This document shows positions 23,725 to 36,022 of a DNA stretch of 64,000 nucleotides, one piece after another. The first letter of the stretch is position 1; every line of letters begins with the position of its first letter. The position numbers and the translations under genes are program-made. The notes under the pieces were generated by a model. The model did not search any database. It was not told the origin of the DNA and was given only the letters and a program-made list of their open reading frames with translations. The stretch is from Azolla caroliniana (Eukaryota > Plantae > Polypodiophyta), in the NCBI GenBank assembly GCA_043228905.1, contig JBHGNT010000005.1:19220001-19284000 (forward strand), read 5' to 3'.

Positions 23725-24436
23725 TGTTGTGCCTTTCGGCTCCGGATCGTTGCGTGAATCGGGTGGGAACCACTGAGGTTTTTGGACTAGGAGAAAATAA
23801 ATTTCTAAGGCAATTAAGAATATGAAATATATTGTAAGAAAGAAAGATATGAAAAACTCGTGAATCCCACGAGTATAGTGTATTAGTGAGTACTCAGATT
23901 AAGAAAAAAAATAGTTAGCAAATTCGTGAATCCCACGATTATATTATATTAATCCACCCTTGTAAAATAAGCAACAACCCCCCATACATCTTTCTCTCCT
24001 CCTTATATAAGGATGGAAGAGGCTAAGCATAGCTTCATGCTTTTTCTAAAGTGTTCATGCACACTAAATGTGCATGAGTTGCCTTTTTACACCATGCTTT
24101 TATTTCCTAAATATAGTGCTCATGCTCACTAGATGTGCACGAGTCATTTTTTATTGGTGTACATTTTTCTTATAAATAAAGTATTCACGCATTCTAAAAA
24201 ATGCATGACTTACCTTTTAATAAAGGTAGGCGTAAATAAAGGTCTTATACGTATTAAATCTATACTTAGGATAAGTTAGTACAATGGTAAGGTTGGGGTT
24301 TGTCTACGTGGAGGTTTGAATCCTGCCCTATGCACGTAATAAATATTTGTAATATTTTAATTAATTTATTATACGTACTTTAAATCGGATATAGTATTTT
24401 AAATATTTCACGTAGTGTGTGATTCACACTACGACA
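23725..24436. repeat. Solo LTR (712 bp, AT-rich) inserted in Copia-2 RT
   Basis: TGTTGT...ACGACA termini. 4-bp TSD ATGT/ACGT. Splits the QMDV|KNAFL motif. Confidence 0.8.
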
Positions 24437-26692
24437 ACGTCCATCTGGTGAAGATGCCACTCCCTTGCCATAGGAACCACCAACACCACACGAACCGTCG
24501 TTATCTTCACTACTGGAGCGAAGGTCTCGTCGTAGTCGATTCCGTGGGTTTGCACGTATCCCTTCGCCACTAACCGGGCCTTGAACCGGTTAACTGAACC
24601 GTCGGCGTTGTACTTTACCTTGTACACCCACTTGCATCCGATCGGTTTATTGTGACGGGGAGGGTCAACCAGGTCCCATGTATCGTTGGCATCAAGTGCC
24701 CGCATCTCTTCTTCCATAGTGGCACGCCAATGTGCGTCCTTTGCCGCTTCTGTGTAGCTCTCCGGCTCACGCACTTCCGCCACCCTGGTCATGTATGCAT
24801 AGTGATGCGCCACTGGTATGATTGACCCAGTCTCTCGTTCGGCCCACTCAACCGAAACGATTCTGGACTCTCTTCTTGAGTCCCGGATTCATCATCTTCT
24901 AACTGGACCGGTTCAGGCTCACCAGCCTCATCCTCCGGTATCGGGTCGGGGTCGGAAGTCGGAGCCGGTATGGCATACCATGATGCCGTCTCATCAAACT
25001 CAACATCGCGGCTAACTCGGACCTGCTTCGTCTGGGGGTTATAACACTTATACCCCTTTTGCTCATGTGAGTAGCTGACGAGGATGCACTTCTCCGATTT
25101 TGCATCCAGCTTCCTCCGCTTCTCATCCGGCACATGCACATATGCTATGTTGCCGAAAATCCGAAGGTGTCTCAAATTTGGCTTGCGCCCGAAATACAAC
25201 TCATGCGCAGACACCTTGTCACCGATCCGGTTTTGGATGTAGACGACCGTTCGGATAGCCTCCGCCCAGTAGAAATGGGGCATGCTCTTCTCTTCCAGCA
25301 TTGCCCTTGCTACATTGACAAGTGATTGATTCTTCCTTTCGGCCACACCGTTTTCCTCCGGTGTGTATCTGCAGCCGAACTCTCTCCGAATTCCTGTTTG
25401 CTGCAGATAACTGTTGAATTGGCCGGAAAAATATTCTTTTCCGCCATCTGACCGCAGGCACTTGATCTTCCTCTCCGATTCCCGTTCCACCATGCTTTGG
25501 AGGTTCCGGAAACAGTCGAAGACTTTGCTCTTCCGCTCAATGAGGTGGATCCATGTGTGCCGGCTATAATCGTCGATGAAGGAGACGAAGTATCGACGCC
25601 CGCCAAGACTCACGTTCTGTGTCGGTCCCCATACATCCGAATGAATAAGGTCGAGCTTGTTACGACTACGGTTTCGTTCGGTGGGGAATGGAAGCCGGTT
25701 TTGCTTCCCGAGTTGGCAAGCTTCACATACTTGGGCCTTCCGGCCACTGAACTTCGGCAAACCGAAAACAACTTGTTTCATTTTGCAGGTCTTGAAGCCT
25801 CCGGTAATTGACGTGGCTGATCCGCTTGTGCTAGAGATCGATGTCCGATTCAATCTTCTGTCCTTTGGCGAACAAAGCGGTGCCGACGTCATTAGTGTCG
25901 AGGATGAACATCCTCCCGTCTGTGCGCCCTTGCGCAATAATCTGGCCCTCCTCCTCGATGAAGCACCCGAGGTGCGTAAACCGTACCTGCATTCCCTGGT
26001 CGACGATTTGTCTGACCGACACCAGGTTCTTCATGATAGTCGGAACGTGTAATACATTCATCAGCTTCCCCCTCTGTCGGATGTGGCTCAAGGGAACTTC
26101 TACGACATGCACGATTGGGTGAGGAGTATCGTCTCCGGTTTCGACAACTCCCAGTTGTTCCGGTTTCTCCAGGAAGGAGAACCACTCTTTGTGGTTCGTC
26201 ATGTGATTTGACGCACCGGAATCAACGTACCACACTTCCTCGTGTTTCATCACCAAGGCCGGCCCTTTACCGGCTTTTGCAGTTTTGGATCCTCCCGATC
26301 CTTCTGCATAGTGCGAGTATTGCCGGTTCTCTCGGCCAAATCCGGATTTGTCCGAATCGGCGCGCTTCTTCCAACACTCGTTTTCTCTGTGGCCCTTTTT
26401 GCCACAGTACCGTGGCGGATTTTTCTTGCCAGCCTCCGGTGCCACCTTGACTCCCCCTGGTTGTGGAGGTCTCAGAACTACTATCGGCACAGTCTTTGTG
26501 TCGTCGGTCTTGCTCTTGCCGGCCGCCTCCATTGCGTACCGACCCGCCTCGTCCACCACGCCCACGGGGCCGATCCGCCTCTGTGTACAACATCTGGCTG
26601 TCGGTGGGTGCGCTTGTTGACACACCGGCGTGGTTCTCCTCTACAAGGAGCATCGACTGTAAGTCGAAAAATGACGGCGTATTCTCCCTCGT
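24437..26692 (-). pseudogene. Copia-2 gag C-terminus, protease, integrase and RT N-terminus
   Basis: WYVDSGASNHMT, IHSDVWGP, LRSDGGKEY, NGVAERKN and FKARLVAKG. Confidence 0.93.
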
Positions 26693-27458
26693 TGTCGTGA
26701 AGAATTTCGTCCAGAGGCGGAAACCGGGAAATATTGGCTACATCGGCGGGGTGCACCATGTGCACTCACCCTTGTATGATTGTGTGAATAATAGGAGTTA
26801 AGTCGGGACGAAGAATCCCATATAAATCGGGATTTATCCCACATTGTAACGCATCCCTCTACTTGTTTTATAAAAGGAAGGGATGGTCCCTTGAAGAAGG
26901 GTTGCCCATTTTTGTGTTAGAGGGTATACCGTTAGGTTTAGAGTTAGTTTTCTTTTGCTTCTTCTTCTTCGTGGGGAGGTCGACCGTTGAGGGCTGTTTC
27001 TGCTCGGTCTCCTGTGCAAGACCCCGTTCTGCGTGACGAGCCCGAGAGCTCCCCGGACGGTGGCGTGGTAGTAGACTGCTGTTGTAACCTACCCCACCAT
27101 GGTCCGGCTCGAAGCCGGTAATGTATTCTTCACCTTTGTAATATACATTCTAATATCCGTCTGTGCATACTCGTGTCTCTGTTTGTGTGGGTGTTTTGGT
27201 GTTCCTTTCCCTGCGTTTCTGTACATAAGGGCGTGAGTCGGTTCGGCGTGGTGTGTGTGTGTGGATGTGAGTAGGAGTAAAGCGCGCGTCCTCTCTTTTT
27301 CTCTCTCCCGTTCAGTGGCTTCCGGAACCCGCCGGGAATCCTCTTCTCGGCTTCCCTTCTTCCCTAGTCTGAGACCCCCGTGGTCCCGCCCTTCTACACG
27401 CACGCGCGTAACAACGCGACATATTTGGTGAACCTGACGTGAAAGGCAGCAAGGGGGG

Positions 27459-28070
27459 ATGGAGTCGGAAGACGATGACCTCGCGGTGATGGTAGCCGAA
27501 GTGGTGTTGGAGTCGGCACGAGTGGTGATGAGGCGAGAAGCAGTGCAACAAGCGGTTGAGCGAGTGGTCGAAAGAGTTGGCCGTTTCAACGGGGACGAAG
27601 TCCCATCTTACTTGGAAGCCTACAACGCGGAAATGGAGGAGTGGGACGTGGACGAAGCGTTGAGGCTGGAGTTCTTCTATCGGGTTGTTGCCGTCCGTAC
27701 GCACGCGGAAGTGAAGGAGCTCCGACAAGCTCATAGTTCGTGGGAGGCCTTTGAAGAGGCGCTCCTACAGGCATATGGAGGACGGCAGAAGAGCCGGGGA
27801 CGACACGACTTCGACCAGTGGGTAGCATCGGCAAAGAACCGTCGGGGCGCAACGAAGGCGTCCCGAGATTTCGAGCGACGGCTTGCTCGGCTCTCGGAGC
27901 GGGAACAAGGTTTGGTGGGGGCGGACAAAGTCCTATTGTTCGTCAGGTCGATCGACCGAGCGGAACGGGAGGCCATCGGGATTGAGCTCGAAGACGATGA
28001 CGGAGCAAATGGGCTTACGGAGGACTGGTCGAAGGTCGGAAGGGTGTGCCAACGGCTAGACATCGAGTGA
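27459..28070 (+). CDS. Gag N-terminal (capsid-like) protein of element C
   Basis: VGRFNGDEVPSYLEAYNAEM...VLLFVRSID aligns with Gypsy-A IGRFDGKDATKYLASYGAEM...VLLFVKSVD. Confidence 0.8.
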   Translation: MESEDDDLAVMVAEVVLESARVVMRREAVQQAVERVVERVGRFNGDEVPSYLEAYNAEMEEWDVDEALRLEFFYRVVAVRTHAEVKELRQAHSSWEAFEEALLQAYGGRQKSRGRHDFDQWVASAKNRRGATKASRDFERRLARLSEREQGLVGADKVLLFVRSIDRAEREAIGIELEDDDGANGLTEDWSKVGRVCQRLDIE

Positions 28071-29311
28071 GCCGAGAAGGCTAAGAGGAAGGCGCGCGAT
28101 GGCGTGCCATCACAATAGGAAGAGGCCGAACGGCAAAGAGAGTCGGCAAGGGTCGGCGTTAGGGCCAGGATTGTGGAGGCGTACGCAGCTCTCGAGGCGA
28201 TGCTCGAGGAAGAGGAAAGATCGAGGCCGCAAGCCGAGACTGAGTAGACGGACTTGCCCCACGCGATGGCGGAAGATTGGTACGATGGTACCACGGGAGA
28301 GGGTGCGGAACAAAACGCCCTCTCGACTTGCAGAGATAGAACGGCCAAGGACGAGGCCGAGATACCGATCGTGGAATCGGATAGTTGGGACTAGCGGTTT
28401 CGGGCGTGTCAGCCCGAAACCCCGGACATCGGAGAAGCAAGCCCAGGTAGGGCTTACGCGATCGGTAAGGAGACGACCTCCGAGCAAGAAGAGCCGGTGG
28501 CTATGGACAAGGGCGTAAACCGGACGGGCGATTCTTTGAGCCTTCCCACACTTGCTCCCGAGACGATGGCAGTCGGGCTCGAGTGCCCATGTGAGTCCCA
28601 AGCGGAGGAAGGCGGTGGCGAGAGACCAAGAATTACCGACGAGACGATACGGCGAAGGAGCGGAGAAGAGCCCTCCACGCGGATTCCGAAGACTCCGACG
28701 GTCGTGCCCGTGTGCCGACATGAGACCGGATAGAAGGGAGGCGCCGACGAGGAGTCCTGGCATGATGCCAGCGAAGATGGATGGGAAATGGCCTGCGAGG
28801 AGGCCGAGGACGGAAGCGGCACGGGAGGATCGGCATTCCGATTCGGGTGGAGCGTAATCCGGTCGTGGATCGTTCGATCGGGGCCGTATTTGGCATGAAG
28901 GTGCTGATACGGGAGAGGGTGCGGGACGAGCCGCCCTCTTTTACATGGGGAGAAAGAGCGACCGGGCGAAGGTCGGGAATTGGAAGGGAAGTGGTCAAGG
29001 GTTCGGAACGAGTCCAGAGAGGTCGGCATCAGAACCGAAACTACGGATATTGGAGAACCAAGCCCAGGCGGGGCTTGGTTGATCACAGACCAGATGCTTC
29101 TCACTGAACGTGCTTGGGAGTAGTACCCCGAACGAGCGTCCGCAAATCATTGCGGGATGAAAACACGACGTCTTATCCAGAGACTCAGGCAGCCGGCAAA
29201 GAGCGCCGACGTGAGACCTAGAGAGATGGGAGATGGAGGCTAGTAAGCGAGAAGGAGAGCAACGACGAGTTCGGGAGAAGTACAAGGGATGAGGAGGAGA
29301 ACGAAGACCGG

Positions 29312-30240
29312 TCCTACGAGATCCCCACACCAGACCGGAGGCCCCGACAGTTCGGCCAACGTGGCAACGTGAGACCTAGGGAGAAGGCTGGTGGCAACAG
29401 GAGAACGGGACCCGACAATCTGGAGAATGACGAACGGACCCGGACGAGAACCGGGCGGAGCGGACTCCCGGATGACCATTCCGGGAGGGAGGAAGAGAGC
29501 AGGCCTACGAAGAGGTCGAGGACACGGTATGTCGGTACCATGGGAGAGGGTGCGGAGTAAACCGCCCTCTCGGCATGCAGAAAGGGACGACCCGGGACAG
29601 GGTCAGGAAGACAAATCGGAGGCCCAAGGAGGATCCTTCACACAGGTTCTAGAGACTTCGGCAGTCGGCAATGCGGTCGACGTAAGACCAAGATACTGAC
29701 GGTAGCGGTAAGGTGACGAAGGCAAAGAGCTGTGGATGGGCGATTTGCGGAGATCCTCACACCGATTCGGTTGTCGGCCCGAGTGCCGGTGTGAGTCCTA
29801 TAGGAGTGGACGGTGGCGGCAGGTGAACGTGACCGGACGACGGAAGCAGAGAAAGAAGATATCAGGCCGGCAAGGTGGCTACGAACCGAATCGGACCTTC
29901 CGGCAAGGTCAGTGGGCATAAGGAAGTCCGGTCCTACGGGATCCCCACACCAAACCAGAGACTCCAACAGTTCGGCCAACGAGGCACCATGAGACCGAGA
30001 GAGAAGGTTGGTGGCGGCAGGAAACGGGACCCGGCAACACGAAGACGGAACCTGGCTACGCGGAAGACACGAGGAGAGTTGTAATGGACTCTGACAAAAG
30101 ACACCCGAATTTCGGCAAGCATAGAAACGAAGTCCGGTCCTATGGGACCCTCACACCGATCCGGAGTCCCCGGCAGTTCGGCCAACGTGGCAACGTGAGA
30201 CCTAGGGAGAAGGACGGTGGCGGCAGGGAACGGGACCTAA
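29312..30240 (+). repeat. Three dispersed ~105-bp repeats in element C interior
   Basis: cagttcggccaacg...gagacc.agggagaagg occurs at about 29312, 29932 and 30138. Confidence 0.85.
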
Positions 30241-30822
30241 CGACACGAGGTAGCGGATCGGGAGCCGGTAAGACGGGGCGGACGAAGTGTGAAACCCTCA
30301 CCGGTCGGTTACAGTTTCGGAAGGAGTGTTGTCCGCCGGAATAGTGACCGACGGCCAAAAGCGTAGGAATAAGAAACTATATAAAGCGTAACGTATGTAA
30401 CGGTTCACGTGGGGAAGCATGAACGACTAATTAGACCCTGCATATATAAAGGGCAGAAAACCTCGTAAGGAGGTGCGTGTAAATTTTGGGAAATGTAAAA
30501 GAACGCCTGATAATAGAATACTATCTTCTCTGAGTTTTTGTGTATAGCTACAGCTAATTCAGTGTCTGTGTCTCGGATACGTAATCGTAGTAGTACGTAA
30601 GCGCAACCTGTGATAAGGAGTCGGTTGTAGCCATCTCCCCTTACACACGGAGGAATCACAGAGGTTCTCTCCTTACATAGTACGATTAAGCTATGTTCGT
30701 TGTTCCACACCCACCTTGGGGTCTAGGTCGAAGGGCTGACCACAGACCGTGTTTCCTAAGAGGCAACACTTTTGGCACGCTTGGTGATCTGTGTTTCCTC
30801 ACAGACGAGCAACAACGAATGG

Positions 30823-33800
30823 ATGTTTCGCCGTAGAGGACTCAGAGAACCAACAAGACAAGACCGGCCAATAACAAGGTCCGTCACACGCCAGGCAGAA
30901 GAACGCGCTCTGCAAAAGCCGCGCATCGGCGACCCCAGTAATACCTGCCAGGAGTGCAAAGAGGATTCCTTGCTCCCCAAATACCTCGACGAGGCAAGGG
31001 GACCACGCTTACCGCAGCCTCCCACGATCCATCGTAGATCCCACGATGGCCTTTGCCTACCCCCGCTTTAACAGCGAAACTGACGCCGCAACTCATGTTC
31101 GCATGTTCTTGAATGTTTGGAATGCGAACCACATGGCATAGGACCTTTCCGAGACGGTGGCACACTAGTCGAAAATGACGGAGTTAGGATTAACATTAGA
31201 TGGGCATGCGGCGTTCTGGCATTCACAGATGGATTTACCGGCCATAACAACCTTCGATCAGCTCCAGTCCGCCTTCTTGCGGTTTTTCCACTGGAGGGTT
31301 CCACAACGCGAGATTCTCGGGCAGTTTTATACAATTAAGCAACTACCAACTGAGACAATAGCAGACTTCAGCTTACGGTTCCAAAATTTACGATGGAAAC
31401 TGGATCGAAGCCCTGCGGAGGAGGAGGCACGGGAGACATTTCTAGCAGCGTTACGCCGGCCCATTAGGGCAACGCTCAATAGCAATAGCGTGAAAGGGGA
31501 AACGGCAGATATGGTGATTGAACGAGCATTACAGCTCGAGTTGGATGATGAGGAGGAGAGGTTTTCGATGTCATCCTTATGATAAGCGTTACCTCAGGAT
31601 GAGGAACGCCAATTTCGTCAGGCAATCCAGTGCACTATTTGCTTGAACTTGGGGCATTCCGCGGTGGAGTGCAATGTGCGAATCCACTGCCCAATCTGCC
31701 ACTCGAAGGTTCACACAGTCGACCAATGCGAGTACAATATGTTAAATAGAGCCACGCCCGCGGTCTGCAGCATGGACACACAGCGGCACCACATCGGGTG
31801 GAACAAAGGAGGCAAGAAGACCGACCCCGGTATAAGGATCGCAACCCGCGGGAGGACAGGTACAACCGGAATCGCCGGAATCACAACGAGTCCGAGGAGG
31901 AGGACTCGGAGGACGAGGATTATCGTGGACATCCGAGTTACGCCAAAGGAGGTCGGCGATACGAACATCAACGCCCGATGAACAAACGGGGCGGCTTCAA
32001 TGGCTATCGAGGTAAGCCTCGACAATATAGGGATCACCGGCGTTACGACGAAAGCTCGGGGGATGAGCGGCACCAGGAACAACGACGGGATCAATAGCAA
32101 CAACCACGTACGTCCCGACAAACGAGGCCGGACCGCGAAGAGCAAGTAGCGCCAGGAGAACGACACACTCTACCTAGGGCTGAGAAGGGAGAATCAAGCA
32201 TCCACTATTTTATTTGTTAGCAACCCGGACATTATGCCACACAATGCCCAACACGCAAGGGAAAGGGACCCGCCGTCAACACGATTATGATGGAGGTGCA
32301 ACAAGTCACGACACGCCAACAAACGAAAACGACGGATTGGGCTGCGCAGGACGAGGTACGACGACAAGCCCAAGCCTGAGTGGAAAAAGCAAACGCGACC
32401 AATACGGAACGTATGAGGCAGGAGTTCGCGAATGCAATGAAGCGAACAGAGAACGAAAAACCGGGGCCGGACCCCATTTGGCAAGTTCCACGTTTCCGCC
32501 AGACCATGGAAGCACAGGTGGCGGGCATGACCGGGGCGAGCGTTGCCACAAACCTGACTGACGTCAGCGAGGGACCACCAATGGTAGATCAACACAACCC
32601 GACCATTACAGTAATATTGCACGGACAGGAAGTCCCTGGATGCGTAATCGACGGCGGCTCAGGCGTCAATGTGATTAGCGCGAAAACTTGTGAACAGTTG
32701 GGCATTTCCGAATGGGAGGTGTGTCCATTCTGGCTTCGCATGGCAGATACCCGATCAGTGCGGCCATTGGGCTAATTCGCAAAATAGGCATCATCGTGGG
32801 CGGACACCGCTTCGACATATCGGCGGTCGTCCTCGCTTTGGACGCGCCAGGAGCGTACCCAGTGCTTCTGGGCAGACCATGGATTCGGACAGCAAATATC
32901 AAGCAGAGCTGGCAACACAAGTGTATCAGTTTCTGGTAGGGACGCATCAAGGTTCGTGTTCCTACGGAAGGCAACACGCCCCAACCTAAGGGGATAACAC
33001 CGTTATATGCGGAAGACATCAATATGCTGGCTGGGGTGGAGGATGCCAAATTGGAAGCGTACCTTGACGAACATCCTCGGATTATTCCGCTGTTCAAGAT
33101 AGATGTCATCGCAACTGCGGCAGAATATACTACGGCTAGTGTTCCGAGCGAAGAGCCGTACGAACCAAACCTAGAGTCCATATTGGAACTCAGCAGAGCA
33201 CGGGCGGCCTTCGAAAGGGAAATGGAGATTTCACGACAAGTCACCGCTTCCGCTCTCGACGAAGTGAATGTGGGTACGGGATCGGAACCCCGGTTCCTCT
33301 CCATAGCAAAGGAATTGAGGCCAGACCAGAGAACCACAATGATCGCACTACTCACAGAATATAAAGATGTGTTCGCGTGGGCTCATGAGGACATGAAGGG
33401 GTTAGATCCCAAGTTCTATCAACATAAAATCAATTTAGCAACGGACGCGAAACCTGTCCAACAGCGTCGCTACCGCATGAACCCCAATTACGTGACTCGC
33501 GTGAAAGAAGAAATTGACAAGCTGCCGAGGGCTGGGTTCATACGGCCAGTAAAACAAGCAACATGGCTTAGCTCGATAGTGGTTGTCCCAAAGAAAAACG
33601 GCAAAATACGGGTATGCGTGGATTACCGGAAATTAAACGCCGTAACCATTACGGACGCATTTCCCTTACCCTTCACTAATAGCGTGCTGGACGTCGTTGC
33701 AGGCCATGAGATGTACAGTTTCTTAGATGGCTTTAGTGGCTATAACCAAGTACGCATGCACCCCGACGACCAGGAGAAGACGACATTTGTCACGGACTGG

Positions 33801-35878
33801 GGAGTATATGTGACGGTCGTCATGATGTTCGGGCTAAAGACAACACCGGCAACATTCCAACGAACGATTACGAAGATCTTTGGGGAATACATTCCGACGT
33901 TCATGCAAGTCTTTTTAGACGATTTTGCGGTATATGGGCAAACAAAAGACCATTTCTCGCACTTATGTCTTTGCCTGGAACGTTGCCGCACCGCACGCTT
34001 AAGCCTGAATCCCGCGAAATGTGCATTCGGCGTGACTAGCGGGGCTCTCCTAGGCCACATAGTCAACAATGAAGGAATAACGGTCGACCCAAACAAGATC
34101 TCCGCTATTACGCAAGTTAAAACTCCGACAAATGCCAAAGCACTTAGCCGGTTTTTGGGCCAAATACGGTGGCATAGTCGGATGATACGGTATTTGGCGG
34201 ACTTCGCCACGCCACTACACGCTGCCGTACATCGGACTCCTTTCCAATGGACTGCAACAGAGGATAAGGCATATGAGGCACTTAAGATAATGCTCACACA
34301 GGCCCCCGTAGTACAACCTCTAGTTTGGGCGAAACCATTTCACGTGTTCGTCGACGCCTCGGACACAACAATAGGAAGCGTGCTAATGCAACTCACCGTA
34401 CCAAACTGGTACAAGCTAGTATACTACGCAAGTCGTAAATTATCAGCAGCAGAGCGTAACTATTCCACAACAGAGCGGGAGGCGCTAGGGATGATCTATA
34501 GCATCAATAAATTCCGAGATTATTTACTAGGACGGAAATTCACGTTCCACGTGGATCATTGGCGCGGTGGATGCTGCTGCTCCTGGAATTCGAGTTCGTA
34601 ATTCAACACTGGCTAGGGACGCAACACGCAGTGGCGGATTTTTTGAGCAGACTTGAGAATGGAGAAACAATACAGAAAGACGACGACGATTTTCCGGACG
34701 CCGACATCTGGCGAGTAGCGACATTTGCAGAAAAAACGGAATCTACCTTTCCGGATCGATGGCTTATGGAAATGACGTACTTTTTGACTACAGGACTACC
34801 TCCACCACAATTACGCACAGACGAGAAGAAACGACTAGCCGTCCGAAGCTGTCACTTTTGCCTGGTCGAAGGGTATTTATATCACAAAGGAAGTGACAAC
34901 ATTTGGCGACGTGGAGTTCGTTAGGATGAAAAAGAAGTAGTTTTACGGGAGGCCCACTGCGGCACGGCCGACGGCCATTACGCAGGAAACGTGACAGCCC
35001 GCAAAGTATGGCAGGCGGGCTTATGGTGGCCAACAACACAGAAGGACGCATCCGAGTATTGTAGAAAGTGTGATTTGTGCCAGCGGATGGGTCAGCCTGC
35101 GGAGGACGCAAGGATGCCACACCAGCCCGCATTACCACTAGACCCCTTCCAAAAGTGGGGATTGGATTTTGTGGGGCCCTTCACACCAGCAGCAGCCCGT
35201 ACAGGTAACAAATACATATTGGTAGCCACGGATTACTGTACCAAATGGGTCGAAGCAAAGGCACTACGGGAAAATACGGCGACCGTCACAGCCAAATTTC
35301 TGTATGAGCACATCTGGTGCCGGTTCGGCTGCCCGATTGAGCTCATCAGTGTGTTATGGGCGTACAGAACTAGTTACAAAACAAGCATACGGTCAACACC
35401 GTTCCGGCTAGCGTTTGGACTAGAAGCGGTAATGCCGGTCGAATTTCGGGTACCTAGTTTGCGCATTCAGGTACGAAACCGATTATCAGAAGCCAAGTCA
35501 GAGGAGGAACGGCTCTACCAACTCCTCGAACTAGGGGAGAAACGCGTCCACAGCATGGCTGTGTTGGAAGAAGAACAACGACAACGTAAAGCATTTGTCG
35601 ATCGACATCGGAGCGCAAGGGAAAAGGAATTCCCCGTGGGCCGAGCGGTGCTAGTTTTTCAAACACGCATGGGCCAGATGCCGGGTAAGCTACGTTTCCG
35701 CTGGACTAGCCCATACTGGATAATTGGAGCGGAACAGGGCATGTTCCAACTAGGAACACTGGTTGGAGAAATAGTACGGCAACAAGTGAATGGGTTTCGG
35801 CTCAAACCTTACCTGGGCCCTACACCACCTAACCCATTCACCGCCGAACGGGACAAAGCCGGAGAACCCGTAGCGTAA
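30823..35878 (+). pseudogene. Gypsy-D gag-PR-RT-RH-IN, disrupted
   Basis: gag, CCHC knuckles, VIDGGSGVNVI, LDGFSGYNQ, FLDD, VDASD and WGLDFVGP. The integrase core has a deletion (ELIS|VLWAYRT). Stops and frameshifts present. Confidence 0.92.
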
Positions 35879-36022
35879 AAGGGACATGCCCAATTGTACT
35901 ATAATGTAAAAATAGGGGGTAACTAACCGTTAGGAAAAGAAGAAGAAGAAGAAGAAGATAGCGACTATTAAAACGACTAAAGGCATGCACAAACTCCTAG
36001 TTCAAGAACACGCGGCACCACG

